A stretch of 64,000 nt of DNA, taken from positions 1,440,001 through 1,504,000 of the forward strand of contig CAWDEM010000004.1 in the NCBI GenBank assembly GCA_963801355.1, in the 5' to 3' direction. Shown here one piece after another: positions 54,840 through 64,000 of this stretch. The position numbers were made by a program, and so were the translations under genes. The number at the start of each line of letters is the position of its first letter. Position 1 is the stretch's first letter. The stretch comes from Ignavibacteriota bacterium. Its GTDB lineage: Bacteria; Bacteroidota; Ignavibacteria; UBA10030; UBA6906. The notes under the pieces are model-generated. The model worked only from the letters and a program-made list of their open reading frames with translations. It had not been told where the DNA came from and ran no database searches.

Positions 54840-57800
54840 GCTGCCTCCGCCGGCGTATGCTCTTTTGAGAAGAACGTGTAGATCGCGGGTATGACGAAGA
54901 GGGTAAGTATGAATGCAAACAGAAGGCCGCCGATCACCACGATGCCCATGGAGATCCGGCTTGTTGCTCCCCCGCCGAGGGCGAGTGCAATCGGCAGTGC
55001 ACCGAGCATGGTGGCGAGGCTGGTCATGAGAATAGGTCTGAATCTCGCCGCCGCTGCAAAACGCGCTGACTCCAGGCGATCCTTCCCCTTAGCTTTCTGC
55101 TGATTCGCAAACTCCACAATCAGGATCCCATTCTTCGTCACGAGGCCGATGAGCATGATAATTCCGATTTCGCTGAAGATATTCAGTGTCTGGCCGAAGA
55201 CCCAAAGTGAAATCAGCGCACCTGCCAGAGCCAGCGGCACAGTGAGCATGATCGTGAACGGGTCCCTGAAGCTCTCGAATTGGGCGGCCAGAATGAGGTA
55301 GACCAGGATCAGGGCCATCAGGAAGGCGAAGACGATATTTGATGAGCTTTCTGAAAAGTCCCGTGAAGCGCCGGCGAGAGCCGAGCGGAAGGTGTCGTCA
55401 AGCACACTTTTCTCGATGCGGTGCATCTCGTCGATGCCGTCGCCGATGGTCCTGCCGGGGGCGAGGCTGGCGCTCACGGTGGCCGATTTAAAACGGTTGA
55501 AATGGTAGAGCTGGGGCGGAGCGCTTTCCTCTTTCATCACCACCAGATTGTCCATCTGCACAAGCTTACCCCGGTCGTTCCGGACGTACAACGATTTCAG
55601 ATCCAGTGGCTCATCACGGTTCGCTCGATCCACCTGTCCGATGACCTGGTACTGGAAGCCGTTCATTTCGAAATAGGAAAACCGCTGACCGCTGAACGCC
55701 AGCTGGAGTGTCTGGGCGATATCCATGACTGAGACTCCGAGGTTCTGCGCCCGGTTTCGGTCGATACTCAGATCAATCTGTGGTTTGTTGAATTTCAGGT
55801 TGACGTCGGAATTCTGAAACACGCTGCTTTTGCCCACCTCCTCCATGAATTTCGGGAGAGCCTGGCGGAGTTTGTCGAAACTCTGGTTCAGCAATACATA
55901 CTGTACCGGCATACCCCCGCGTGCTCCGCCTCCGCTGGCGGAGATGGTCTGCTCCTGGTTCACGAACACGCGCGCTTCGGTCATCCGCCGTGTTTTAGCC
56001 GAAATGTAGTCGGCGATCTCCTGTTGTGTTCGATTCCGTTCAGACGGGTCGGAGAGCCTGATGCGCACACTGCCGGAATTCACCGAACCTCCTCCGTACC
56101 CGGGAGCGGTGACAGCCATACAGGTGCTGACTTCGGGGATCGAATCATTGATGAATGCCGCCAGACGATCCATGAACGCATCGGTGTATTCGAAGGATGT
56201 CCCCTCGGGAGCGGTGACATTCACGCGGAGAAAGCTCCTATCGTCCAGCGGTGCGAGTTCCGACTGGAGTGTGCTGCCGATGAGCACAATGAGCGCCAGG
56301 GTGACGGCGATGATGCCCCCGGCCCACCACCGGTGTTTCAGGAACGTGTTCAGGAGTCCTTCATACACCCGGTTCATCCGCTCGAAGTACGGTTCGGTGA
56401 TCTCGTAGAACCGGGTATGTTTCCGTTTTTTTCGGATCATCCGGGCATTCAGCATGGGCGTCAGGGAGAGCGAGACGAACGCCGAAATGAGCACGGCACC
56501 GGCGATAATAATGCCGAACTCGCGGAAGAGTCGGCCAACAAAGCCTTCGAGGAAGATGATCGGCAGAAACACCGCGGCAAGGGTGACGGAGGTGGAGATG
56601 ACTGCGAAGAAAATCTCCCGGGACCCGGCAAATGCCGCCTCCATCGGCGTCATGCCCTGTTCCACCTTTTTGAAGATATTCTCCGTCACCACGATGCCGT
56701 CGTCAACCACGATACCCGTGGCCAGCACAATCGCCAGTAATGTCAGAATATTGACGGTGAAGCCCATGAGATACATGATGAAGAAGGCGCCGATCAACGA
56801 AACGGGAATATCGATCAACGGTCGGATTGCGATGACCCAGTCGCGGAAGAATATCCATATGATCACAATAACAAGTGTCACGGCCAGGAGAATGGTCTCT
56901 TCCACTTCCGTGATAGAGAGCCTGATGAAGCGGGTATTGTCAACCGCGATGCTTAATTTCAGGTCGGCCGGCAGGTCCTTCTGTATCTGCGCGAGCCGTT
57001 TATAGAACTCATCTGCGATTTCGACATAGTTGCTGCCAGGTTGGGGGACGATCCAGACGCCGACCATCGGCGTTCCGCCCAGTTTCAGAAACGTTTCCTC
57101 GTTTTCGGGACCGAGGTTCGCAAAGCCGATGTCGGAAAAACGCACCGTGTTCCTGCCGTCCGCCTTGACAATCAGGTCATTGAATTCATCGACGGTTGTG
57201 AGCCGGCCCTTGGTGTTGACAATGAGTTCTGTCTGGTTCCCGGCGATTTTTCCCGAGGGCAGTTCCACGTTTTCCCTGCTCAGGGCTGTGCGCACGTCGA
57301 GCGGGGTCAGCCCGTAGGCGGCAAGTTTCGCGGGATTCATCCAGAGGCGCATCGAGTAGCGCTTCTGCCCCATGATCCACGTGGCGCTGACTCCGGGAAT
57401 GGTTTGAATCGTCTGGGCGAGGACGTTTTCGGCGTAATCGCTGATCTCCAGCTGATTTCGGGTGTCACTGGTCACGGTGACAGAGATGATCGCATCAGCA
57501 TTGGCATCGGCCTTGGTGACAACGGGGGGCGCATCGATGTCCTGCGGGAGAGATCGCAAAGCGCCGGACACTTTGTCGCGCACATCATTGGCGGCGGCCT
57601 CCAGGTCCGCATCGAGATTGAACTCCACAGTGATGCTGCTGGAACCCTGGCTGCTTGTCGATGAAATAATGCGGACCCCCGGAATGCCGTTCAGCGCCTT
57701 TTCAAGCGGCTCGGTGATCTGGGATTCCACCACGCTGGCATTTGCTCCTGCGTAGTTTGCACGGACGCTGATGATCGGGGGGTCGATGGCAGGGTACTCG

Positions 57801-57904
57801 CGAACGCCGAGGAATGTGGCGCTGATGAGGCCGAACAACACGATCACCAGTGACATCACGATCGCGAGCACCGGTCGCTTGATACTTATGGAGGCAAGAC
57901 TCAT
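54815..57904 (-). CDS. RND efflux permease (AcrB family)
   Basis: SIKRPVLA, GIVVDDGIVVTENI, GLVTKNGILIVEFAN, RFRPILMTS. Confidence 0.96.
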   Translation of the reverse strand: MSLASISIKRPVLAIVMSLVIVLFGLISATFLGVREYPAIDPPIISVRANYAGANASVVESQITEPLEKALNGIPGVRIISSTSSQGSSSITVEFNLDADLEAAANDVRDKVSGALRSLPQDIDAPPVVTKADANADAIISVTVTSDTRNQLEISDYAENVLAQTIQTIPGVSATWIMGQKRYSMRLWMNPAKLAAYGLTPLDVRTALSRENVELPSGKIAGNQTELIVNTKGRLTTVDEFNDLIVKADGRNTVRFSDIGFANLGPENEETFLKLGGTPMVGVWIVPQPGSNYVEIADEFYKRLAQIQKDLPADLKLSIAVDNTRFIRLSITEVEETILLAVTLVIVIIWIFFRDWVIAIRPLIDIPVSLIGAFFIMYLMGFTVNILTLLAIVLATGIVVDDGIVVTENIFKKVEQGMTPMEAAFAGSREIFFAVISTSVTLAAVFLPIIFLEGFVGRLFREFGIIIAGAVLISAFVSLSLTPMLNARMIRKKRKHTRFYEITEPYFERMNRVYEGLLNTFLKHRWWAGGIIAVTLALIVLIGSTLQSELAPLDDRSFLRVNVTAPEGTSFEYTDAFMDRLAAFINDSIPEVSTCMAVTAPGYGGGSVNSGSVRIRLSDPSERNRTQQEIADYISAKTRRMTEARVFVNQEQTISASGGGARGGMPVQYVLLNQSFDKLRQALPKFMEEVGKSSVFQNSDVNLKFNKPQIDLSIDRNRAQNLGVSVMDIAQTLQLAFSGQRFSYFEMNGFQYQVIGQVDRANRDEPLDLKSLYVRNDRGKLVQMDNLVVMKEESAPPQLYHFNRFKSATVSASLAPGRTIGDGIDEMHRIEKSVLDDTFRSALAGASRDFSESSSNIVFAFLMALILVYLILAAQFESFRDPFTIMLTVPLALAGALISLWVFGQTLNIFSEIGIIMLIGLVTKNGILIVEFANQQKAKGKDRLESARFAAAARFRPILMTSLATMLGALPIALALGGGATSRISMGIVVIGGLLFAFILTLFVIPAIYTFFSKEHTPAEAAQSSQSTG

Positions 57905-58959
57905 CGTTCAGGCACGCGCACGTTGACCGGCATGCCGGGGCGCAGCTGCATGATGCCCGTGGTAATCACGGTGTCACCGGGAGTGAGTCCATCGGTGATC
58001 TGCACGCTGGTCGATGTCCGAATGCCGATTTTCACGGGGACGGATCGCACCACGCCGTGCTTCCGCACCAGGACGGTCTGACCCTTCAGGACGGGGATGA
58101 CTGCTTGTGTGGGGATCAGCAGGGCGTTGGGAATGCGTTTGAGGTGCAGTTCAATTTGCACAAATGCTCCGGGAATGATCAGCTCGCCCTTGTTGTCAAA
58201 CATCGCCCGCAACTGCAGTGTGCCCAGTTGCTGGTCGATTCTGGGTTCGATGGCATACAGCTTTCCCGTGAATTCAAGATTCTTCTCCTCGCTGCGCAGA
58301 ATGACACGATCGCCGACTTTAACCTCTCCCGTGTATCGTTCCGGTATGGAAAAATCCACTTTCAAAGGGTTGATCTTCTGCATTGAGGCAATGCGTGTTG
58401 TCGGCGTGACATACGCTCCCTCGCTCACGTACCGGAGACCCACAATGCCGTCAAACGGGGCCCGCACCTCGCGTTTGCGGATTGACGCCAGGAGATTGTC
58501 ACGGTCAGCTTTCAGCATGTTCAGCTGGCTGAGAACAATATCATACTGCTCCTTGCTGATCGAATTCTTGTCAAAGAGATAGCGCTGGCGTTTTTCCTGA
58601 TCGGCAGAGAGCTGGATCTGCAGTTCAGTCTTCCGGAGCTGTGCCTGCAGATCGTCGTCGTTGATCTTCACAAGCACGTCGTTCTTCCTGACCCTTGAGC
58701 CTTCCCGGAAGGCGATACGCTCGATACGCCCCGCAGCTTCGGGAGCGAGATCGACGGCTTCCGAGGCGAGAACGGTCCCGGACGAACGGACGGCGTTGTC
58801 CAGCGGTTCCGGCACAACGACGATGCCCTGAACGGTCATGGACGCAGGAACCGCCCGGGATTGTGAAGGAGCATCGCTGCTTCTGGATCCACACGAGGTG
58901 AGGAACAATGCACAGCAGAATGCGGAAATCAGGAAGAAAATTCGCAAAGGAGAGCGCAT
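57901..58959 (-). CDS. RND periplasmic adaptor lipoprotein
   Basis: Lipobox LTSC, APFDGIVG, DFSIPE, IPTQAV; ATGA-coupled to the permease. Confidence 0.92.
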   Translation of the reverse strand: MRSPLRIFFLISAFCCALFLTSCGSRSSDAPSQSRAVPASMTVQGIVVVPEPLDNAVRSSGTVLASEAVDLAPEAAGRIERIAFREGSRVRKNDVLVKINDDDLQAQLRKTELQIQLSADQEKRQRYLFDKNSISKEQYDIVLSQLNMLKADRDNLLASIRKREVRAPFDGIVGLRYVSEGAYVTPTTRIASMQKINPLKVDFSIPERYTGEVKVGDRVILRSEEKNLEFTGKLYAIEPRIDQQLGTLQLRAMFDNKGELIIPGAFVQIELHLKRIPNALLIPTQAVIPVLKGQTVLVRKHGVVRSVPVKIGIRTSTSVQITDGLTPGDTVITTGIMQLRPGMPVNVRVPER

Positions 58960-59120
58960 AATCCTATCGGTTTTGAACAATATTGGAAAATCAGAGGCGA
59001 AATGCAACGACCGAATCCTGTGAACTTGCACAATGATCGAATCCTTGAATGCAATTGAAGCATTCGCTATGTTGTACACTACTACCAGTCCACACTGACT
59101 CTCCCCTCAGGGTACCTGCA

Positions 59121-60500
59121 ATGAGACCAAAATCCTGGTTCACCTACTTGGCTGGATTCCTGTTTGTGCTTGTCCTGGCCGCCAATGTGTATGTCTTTCT
59201 CACCCGCGAATGGGAGTCGTCATTCATGCCGACCTCGTACGCGACCCTGTATTACCCGCTGGACATTCCCACAATACGGAAATGGACCGTGGTGAACCGC
59301 GACACGATACAACTGCACCTTGTGTGCAACCAGAATATCGCGGAATGGAGGGTGCTGACGGATGGTGCGCAACCGCAAACGGTACCCGGAATGCAGCCTG
59401 CTTTCCGCATCGATACAGCGGACCAGAAACTTCATACATACGATCTCATCCCGGTTTCCAAGAATTACTGTCCTGCGATTGAGATCAGCATCCGCTTCTA
59501 CTCCCGGGAGTTCTACGGCTCCCTTGGTATGCAGCATGAAGATGTCTATATCGTCCGCTCAAATGTCGCCTGCGGAGAATTCGATCAACTCACCGTCGCC
59601 GACTGGATCGATGATTACGCATACGTGGGGGAAAAGAATCTCGCTGATGCGCACCGCGTACTGAAAGATGACATCGGCATTCTGTACACGGACCCGACGT
59701 TCGTCAAAATGGAAAAGCTTGTTCCTTTCCTCCGGAAGAAACTGAAGGGAACAGGTGGTGTCCCCAAAGATGAGGAGAGGTGGATGGATCCGTGGACGCT
59801 GTACAACGAAATGGTCAGCGGGACAGGAAAGGGGTGGTGCACGCAGAATGCGCAGATCTACGTGTTCTGGGCAAACCAGGCGGGGATCCCCACGCGGTTC
59901 GTTTTCGGGGCGCGCACGCAGGACAACACCATCGTGTACACCGGCCACGCGTTTGCGGAGTCGTACATCCGGGAGCAGAACCGATGGGCGTTTGTGGACC
60001 TGTCGCAGGCGCAAATCTATATTGCCAACAAGGGGGGGGAGGTGCTCAACACAGCGGAGCTGTTTCACCTGAACCAGCAGAATGCCTTTGACAGTACGTT
60101 TGCCAGAATCTACGTGGATTACGCCTGGGAGAAGCTTCCCGGAGTGCCGCGCACCGATACCGTCATGACCGTATCCTTCCCGCTCTGCAACGCGAACATA
60201 CGGAACGAGTTCACGGCGCACTCGATTCTCAAGTACCGCCGTCCGCCGAATGTCGAGGATGTCCGGGATATCTACACGGGGTTATTCACGGACTGGGCGT
60301 TTCTCAAAGGCAACGTGGAGCGGTACCTGTGCAAACCCCAGCTGGCGTACTCCTTCTACCCGACTGAAGGCGGAGAGACGTACTTACTGCGCCGGGCGCT
60401 TATCCTTGGTCTGCTTGCCAGCTTTCTGCTCTGGGCAGGGGCACTGATTGTCGCGAGTATGAAGAGGAGGTCTATTTCAAAAGAAGCATCGTCCGGGTGA
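59121..60500 (+). CDS. Membrane-anchored transglutaminase-like (Cys-His-Asp) protein
   Basis: GWCTQNA...AGIPTR, GHAFAESY, WAFVD; hydrophobic segments at both termini. Confidence 0.72.
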   Translation: MRPKSWFTYLAGFLFVLVLAANVYVFLTREWESSFMPTSYATLYYPLDIPTIRKWTVVNRDTIQLHLVCNQNIAEWRVLTDGAQPQTVPGMQPAFRIDTADQKLHTYDLIPVSKNYCPAIEISIRFYSREFYGSLGMQHEDVYIVRSNVACGEFDQLTVADWIDDYAYVGEKNLADAHRVLKDDIGILYTDPTFVKMEKLVPFLRKKLKGTGGVPKDEERWMDPWTLYNEMVSGTGKGWCTQNAQIYVFWANQAGIPTRFVFGARTQDNTIVYTGHAFAESYIREQNRWAFVDLSQAQIYIANKGGEVLNTAELFHLNQQNAFDSTFARIYVDYAWEKLPGVPRTDTVMTVSFPLCNANIRNEFTAHSILKYRRPPNVEDVRDIYTGLFTDWAFLKGNVERYLCKPQLAYSFYPTEGGETYLLRRALILGLLASFLLWAGALIVASMKRRSISKEASSG

Positions 60501-61758
60501 GCGCGACGACCCCGGAAGTGAGTCTGTACACATACACGCCGCTCGTCAAACCCCGGTTCTGGAAGTGAACGGCATATTCGCCCGGCGCCTTCATCCCGTC
60601 CACCAGCTCTGCCACTTCGCGGCCCAGCAGGTCATAGACGACGAGCCGTACCCTCCACGCGCCTGTTGCCTCGCGACCATTGCCTGTCGCCGGCAGGCTG
60701 TAGCCAATTGTCGTGCCCGGATTGAACGGATTCGGAAAGTTCTGCCCGAGGGCGAACGTGGCCGGCAGTGGAGGTTGGTCCTGTGCAAGCGGGGACGAGG
60801 TGACGTGGAGCTCGTCTGCGATGCCCCGTAGTATGGCGTTCGCGGTGGAATCAAATGCGCGCGCAGACGGGTCGTTCATGTCTTCGTATGTGAGCGCAAG
60901 AACACTCTCGCCGCAGTTCTTCCAGAACCAGCTTTCGGGATAGACCTGCGATGGCGCGCTCGTCCAGGACACAAAGAAGTCGTAGGGCCTGATTCCTCCC
61001 GGGAAGTAGCTCCGCACGGTATTAATGAACCGCTGTTCTATGGCGGCATAGCCGGGTGTTGTGCCCGCCGCGGCGTGGTACACAAAATACCTGTCCGTGC
61101 CGTACGCCGAATGCATGTTGAGCGCAATGCGGATGGGATTGGGCTGTGCCATGAGCTGCACGAACATGGCACGCAGCGCCTGCACTTCCGGCTCGCCGGG
61201 GACCGCCGTCCAGTTGCTTTCGATGTCAATATTGTTGGCATTCTGTCTGGGCAGCTTGAGCTCCACGCCATCGGGATTGATCATTGGCAGGATATTGAAC
61301 ACACACCCGCCCCGAAGTCGCCGCGCGAGTTGTGATGTGTCCAGCAACTGTGCGATCATCCGGTTTGTCACCCATGTTCCCTGCACTTCGTTGGGATGAG
61401 TTCGCGCGTGAATCCAGACGCGTTTCCGCGGGGTCGCGCTCGAGACCGTGTCCTGAATCGTCAGGAGATACAAGGTGCGGTTGAGCACGCTTGCCCCGAC
61501 AACATCCACGGTGACAAACGGGCTTGCGGACCACCGGGAGATATCGGCCTGCAACGAGTCGTAGCCGTATCCCCAGTTCAGCGATGCTGCAAGACGGTAG
61601 GCCGGTGAGGTCGTGTCGGGGAGTCCGCACGGGTCTTCATTGGCAGGAGAGGGTCGGAGGCCGTGCTCTTCGGCGATCGAGATCCGCACAGCGAGCGTCG
61701 CGAGACTGACTGCGAGCAGGGCGCGATATGCGGTGGTGCAGAGGGGATGGGAGAACAT
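60472..61758 (-). CDS. M14-family zinc carboxypeptidase with T9SS C-terminal sorting domain
   Basis: HARTHPNE, PMINPDG, RQNANNID, NMHS, LTYE; CTD FALGQNFPNPFNP...VYDLLGREVA.LV...SGVYVYRL...MLLLK. Confidence 0.88.
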   Translation of the reverse strand: MFSHPLCTTAYRALLAVSLATLAVRISIAEEHGLRPSPANEDPCGLPDTTSPAYRLAASLNWGYGYDSLQADISRWSASPFVTVDVVGASVLNRTLYLLTIQDTVSSATPRKRVWIHARTHPNEVQGTWVTNRMIAQLLDTSQLARRLRGGCVFNILPMINPDGVELKLPRQNANNIDIESNWTAVPGEPEVQALRAMFVQLMAQPNPIRIALNMHSAYGTDRYFVYHAAAGTTPGYAAIEQRFINTVRSYFPGGIRPYDFFVSWTSAPSQVYPESWFWKNCGESVLALTYEDMNDPSARAFDSTANAILRGIADELHVTSSPLAQDQPPLPATFALGQNFPNPFNPGTTIGYSLPATGNGREATGAWRVRLVVYDLLGREVAELVDGMKAPGEYAVHFQNRGLTSGVYVYRLTSGVVALTRTMLLLK

Positions 61759-61877
61759 GTTTCCTTGGGATGCTACTGTCAAAGTACGAACAGAACAGAA
61801 GAAATGAAAGGCGGTTTCAGGTGTGCGTGGGGAGAAGAGGTGACCGGTTTACCGCTGGAGAGGGCAGGCTCAGAATG

Positions 61878-61902
61878 AGGGCCGGATCACCGATCCGGCC
61901 CT
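61878..61902 (-). terminator. Perfect hairpin downstream of the YidB-like gene
   Basis: AGGGCCGGATC-ACC-GATCCGGCCCT; no clear U-tract. Confidence 0.5.
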
Positions 61903-61921
61903 ATCCTGAAAGAGAACGGTT

Positions 61922-62320
61922 TCACTTCAGGAGGCTTTTGAGAAGATTGACCCCCTGTGATGCGATATCCGTCTGACTGACCTTACCATTCGGCGTAAGT
62001 TTGTCGACTATCTGGGGAAGAAGTTGAGCGAGTTGGGTTGTCACTGCCTCGGGAGTGAGTCCCGCCTGAGATGCGATCTGCGAAATCATCTTCCCGCCGA
62101 GGCCCTGCGTGATCTGTGCAGGCGTGATGGGGAGATTTTTCCCCGTGCCTACCCAAGAATTGACGATGTCTCCCAGGCCATTGCTGGTCAGTTGCTTGAT
62201 CAATCCGTTCAGTCCACCCTGCTGTTGATTTCCGACAATACTCAAGACGGCATTGATGAGATTGCCCTGAGTACTCTTGCCGCCGAGAACCTGGTTGGCC
62301 AAGTTATCGAGTAAACCCAT
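61922..62320 (-). CDS. YidB/DUF937 family protein
   Basis: MGLLD...GGLNGL...GLGDIVNSWVGTGKNLPIT...LPQIVDKLTPNG. Confidence 0.9.
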   Translation of the reverse strand: MGLLDNLANQVLGGKSTQGNLINAVLSIVGNQQQGGLNGLIKQLTSNGLGDIVNSWVGTGKNLPITPAQITQGLGGKMISQIASQAGLTPEAVTTQLAQLLPQIVDKLTPNGKVSQTDIASQGVNLLKSLLK

Positions 62321-62389
62321 GATCGTGCCCTTCAAAAAAAGAGAATGGTAAATACACAACACACTATTCTGTGACCTGTGATATCCGCC

Positions 62390-62417
62390 CGAGGCGTCTT
62401 CGAAGGAAGACGCCTCG
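62390..62417 (-). terminator. 12-bp perfect hairpin downstream of the OmpA gene
   Basis: CGAGGCGTCTTC-GAAG-GAAGACGCCTCG; no U-tract, so it may be a stability or processing stem. Confidence 0.55.
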
Positions 62418-62428
62418 CGCGATTGACC

Positions 62429-63943
62429 TTACTTCGTCCGGTAGAACTCGATGCGTCTGTTCTTCTGCCGGCCTTCAGGTGTCGAATTGTCCGCAATCGG
62501 ATTCTCGGGGCCGTTGCCCTTGACTCCAACGCGCAAGGAATTGATGCCCTGCTTCACAAGCCAGGAGCGTACGGCTTCCGCGCGGCGGAGGGAGAGTTTC
62601 TTGTTGGCTGCGACCTTGCCGACGTTGTCGGTGTATCCGTGGATCTCGACAGAGATCTCCGGGTTGTCTTTCAACGTATTGAAGGCTTCCATGAGCGTCG
62701 GTTCTGATTCCGGTGCGATGGTAGACTTCCCGGACTTGAACACGATGCCTTCGAGCACGATGGCTTTTCCGACTTCAACGATCTTCGGCTTTGGAATATC
62801 GTCGGTCGGGTCAAGCGGGTTCATCGCCTTTGCGATCTCGGTTCCGTCATTGACGGTGCCGCCATCCGTATCGGCCTTGAGCGGATCGGTGCGGTGTTTG
62901 AGGACCTCGTCACCGTCCTTCAGACCGTCGCCATCCGTGTCAGCCTTCATGGGGTCGGTGCGGTACTTCGTCACTTCGTCACTGTCGTTGAGACCGTCGC
63001 CATCCGTGTCAGCCTTCGTGGGATCGGTGCGGTATTTCACGACCTCATCGCCGTCAGACAGACCGTCGCTGTCCGTATCAGCCTTGAGCGGATCGGTGTG
63101 ATTCTTCACCACTTCGTCGCCGTCCTTCAGACCGTCGCCATCTGTGTCTGCTTTGACCGGGCTGGTCTTGAGTTTTGTGACTTCCTCGAAGTCGCTCAAC
63201 CCGTCATCGTCAGTGTCGGCCTTGTTCGGGTCGGTGCCGATGGTCTTCTCGTAACCGTTGGTAAGCAGGTCGCCATCATCATCATCGTCGTCGCTGCTGC
63301 CAAAGAAGAAGCTCAATCCGAGCCTGCCTGTGGGGTAGAAATCGGTCCCGAGGAAGGTCTTCGTGCCGGTCTTGAAATTATCGGTTGCGTTGTCCATGAT
63401 CCGCGCGCCAAGGTCCAGATTAACGGCGAGGTGTTTGGACACTGCCAGGTCGAGACCGATGCCGACGGGAACATGAATTGTGGTGTATTTCTCGTCTGCC
63501 GGCCAGGGTGCGTCACCTTCGACAATCCGTTTGTAGATGAATTGGCCTACACCTGCATAGATGTACGGTGAAACGGGCTTCCCGGCGTTCATGTGGAGCC
63601 ACCCAACCAGATCGCCGTTGTATCCGCTGATTTGGATAAATGAGTGACGCAGTGCATTGCTCGTCGCTACGATATTTTCGTTCTTCGAATGCAGAACGTC
63701 GAACCCACCCATGAAACCGAGTGAGAAATAGCGACTCAGTGAATAACGCAGAAAGGCATCGCCACCGCCCGTCATGTCCTGACGGTCAAAGTCGTTCTGC
63801 CACATGTTCATGCCTCCCTGAACACCGAACGACCAACGGCCGTAGCGGTTGAACGATCCCGGGCTTTGCTGTGGCAGCACCTGGGATAGCCCCACTTCTG
63901 CCATCATGGCAAGCAAGAAAACGGCAAGTATGCTTCGTTTCAT
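62429..63943 (-). CDS. OmpA-family outer membrane protein with Ca-binding DxDxDG repeats
   Basis: Signal peptide, beta-barrel, about 7 repeats of DTDGDGLxDGDEVxxxxTDPxKA, C-terminal OmpA domain (GYTDNVG, LSLRRAEAV, NRRIE); SD AGGAG. Confidence 0.92.
   Translation of the reverse strand: MKRSILAVFLLAMMAEVGLSQVLPQQSPGSFNRYGRWSFGVQGGMNMWQNDFDRQDMTGGGDAFLRYSLSRYFSLGFMGGFDVLHSKNENIVATSNALRHSFIQISGYNGDLVGWLHMNAGKPVSPYIYAGVGQFIYKRIVEGDAPWPADEKYTTIHVPVGIGLDLAVSKHLAVNLDLGARIMDNATDNFKTGTKTFLGTDFYPTGRLGLSFFFGSSDDDDDDGDLLTNGYEKTIGTDPNKADTDDDGLSDFEEVTKLKTSPVKADTDGDGLKDGDEVVKNHTDPLKADTDSDGLSDGDEVVKYRTDPTKADTDGDGLNDSDEVTKYRTDPMKADTDGDGLKDGDEVLKHRTDPLKADTDGGTVNDGTEIAKAMNPLDPTDDIPKPKIVEVGKAIVLEGIVFKSGKSTIAPESEPTLMEAFNTLKDNPEISVEIHGYTDNVGKVAANKKLSLRRAEAVRSWLVKQGINSLRVGVKGNGPENPIADNSTPEGRQKNRRIEFYRTK
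62800..63290 (-). repeat. In-frame ~69-bp tandem repeats encoding 23-aa DxDxDG units in OmpA
   Basis: Recurring agaccgtcgccatccgtgtcagcctt and ggatcggtgcggt at ~69-bp spacing; boundaries approximate. Confidence 0.8.
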
Positions 63944-64000
63944 GGACAACCTCTCCTGATATGTTATGTTAAGGTGTGAAGTAAATGCGAGCACAGCGTT

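Noticed and set aside
60655-60695. Short insertion (ATGNGREATGAWR) in the T9SS C-terminal domain, with a GGC(G/A)ACAGGC duplication
   Set aside because: It falls in a variable loop and is too short to support a mobile-repeat claim without genome-wide counts.
62800-63290. ~69-bp periodic DNA repeats read as a CRISPR array or novel element
   Set aside because: They are in-frame, vary at synonymous positions and encode the well-known DxDxDG Ca-binding repeats of an OmpA protein.
1-64000. tRNA, rRNA, known riboswitches, defence systems, prophage
   Set aside because: I recognised none by eye in the intergenic gaps or ORFs. A tRNAscan-SE/Infernal/DefenseFinder run is needed to exclude them formally.

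Overview
GC-rich, gene-dense bacterial chromosome segment with about 52 CDS and no rRNA, tRNA, CRISPR array, prophage or IS element that I could recognise. It is probably from an Ignavibacteria-like member of the Bacteroidota/Chlorobi group. That inference rests on a QNFPNPFNP-type T9SS C-terminal domain and a Bacteroidota-type aromatic amino acid operon, together with canonical TTGACA/TATAAT-like promoters and GGAG Shine-Dalgarno sites. Main content: (1) a compact PVM-like microcompartment operon (3 BMC-P, PduL, aldehyde dehydrogenase, 1 BMC-H, class II aldolase, divergent acetate kinase); (2) a pheA-aminotransferase-tyrA-DAHPS/CM operon preceded by a Phe/Tyr-rich leader peptide and attenuator absent from the ORF track; (3) two RND efflux systems; (4) nucleoside, nucleobase and amino acid transporters plus a 5'-nucleotidase; (5) scattered secreted glycan-degrading enzymes, including a cupin-PL10-esterase triple fusion; (6) a secretory small ORF ending in a RAPP arrest-type motif; (7) most strikingly, a complete archaeal-type gatE-gatD amidotransferase pair 7.5 kb from an intact glnS, which should make it redundant. 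All calls come from motif recognition by eye and no searches were run. Many start codons were moved from the ORF track to the likely true start.
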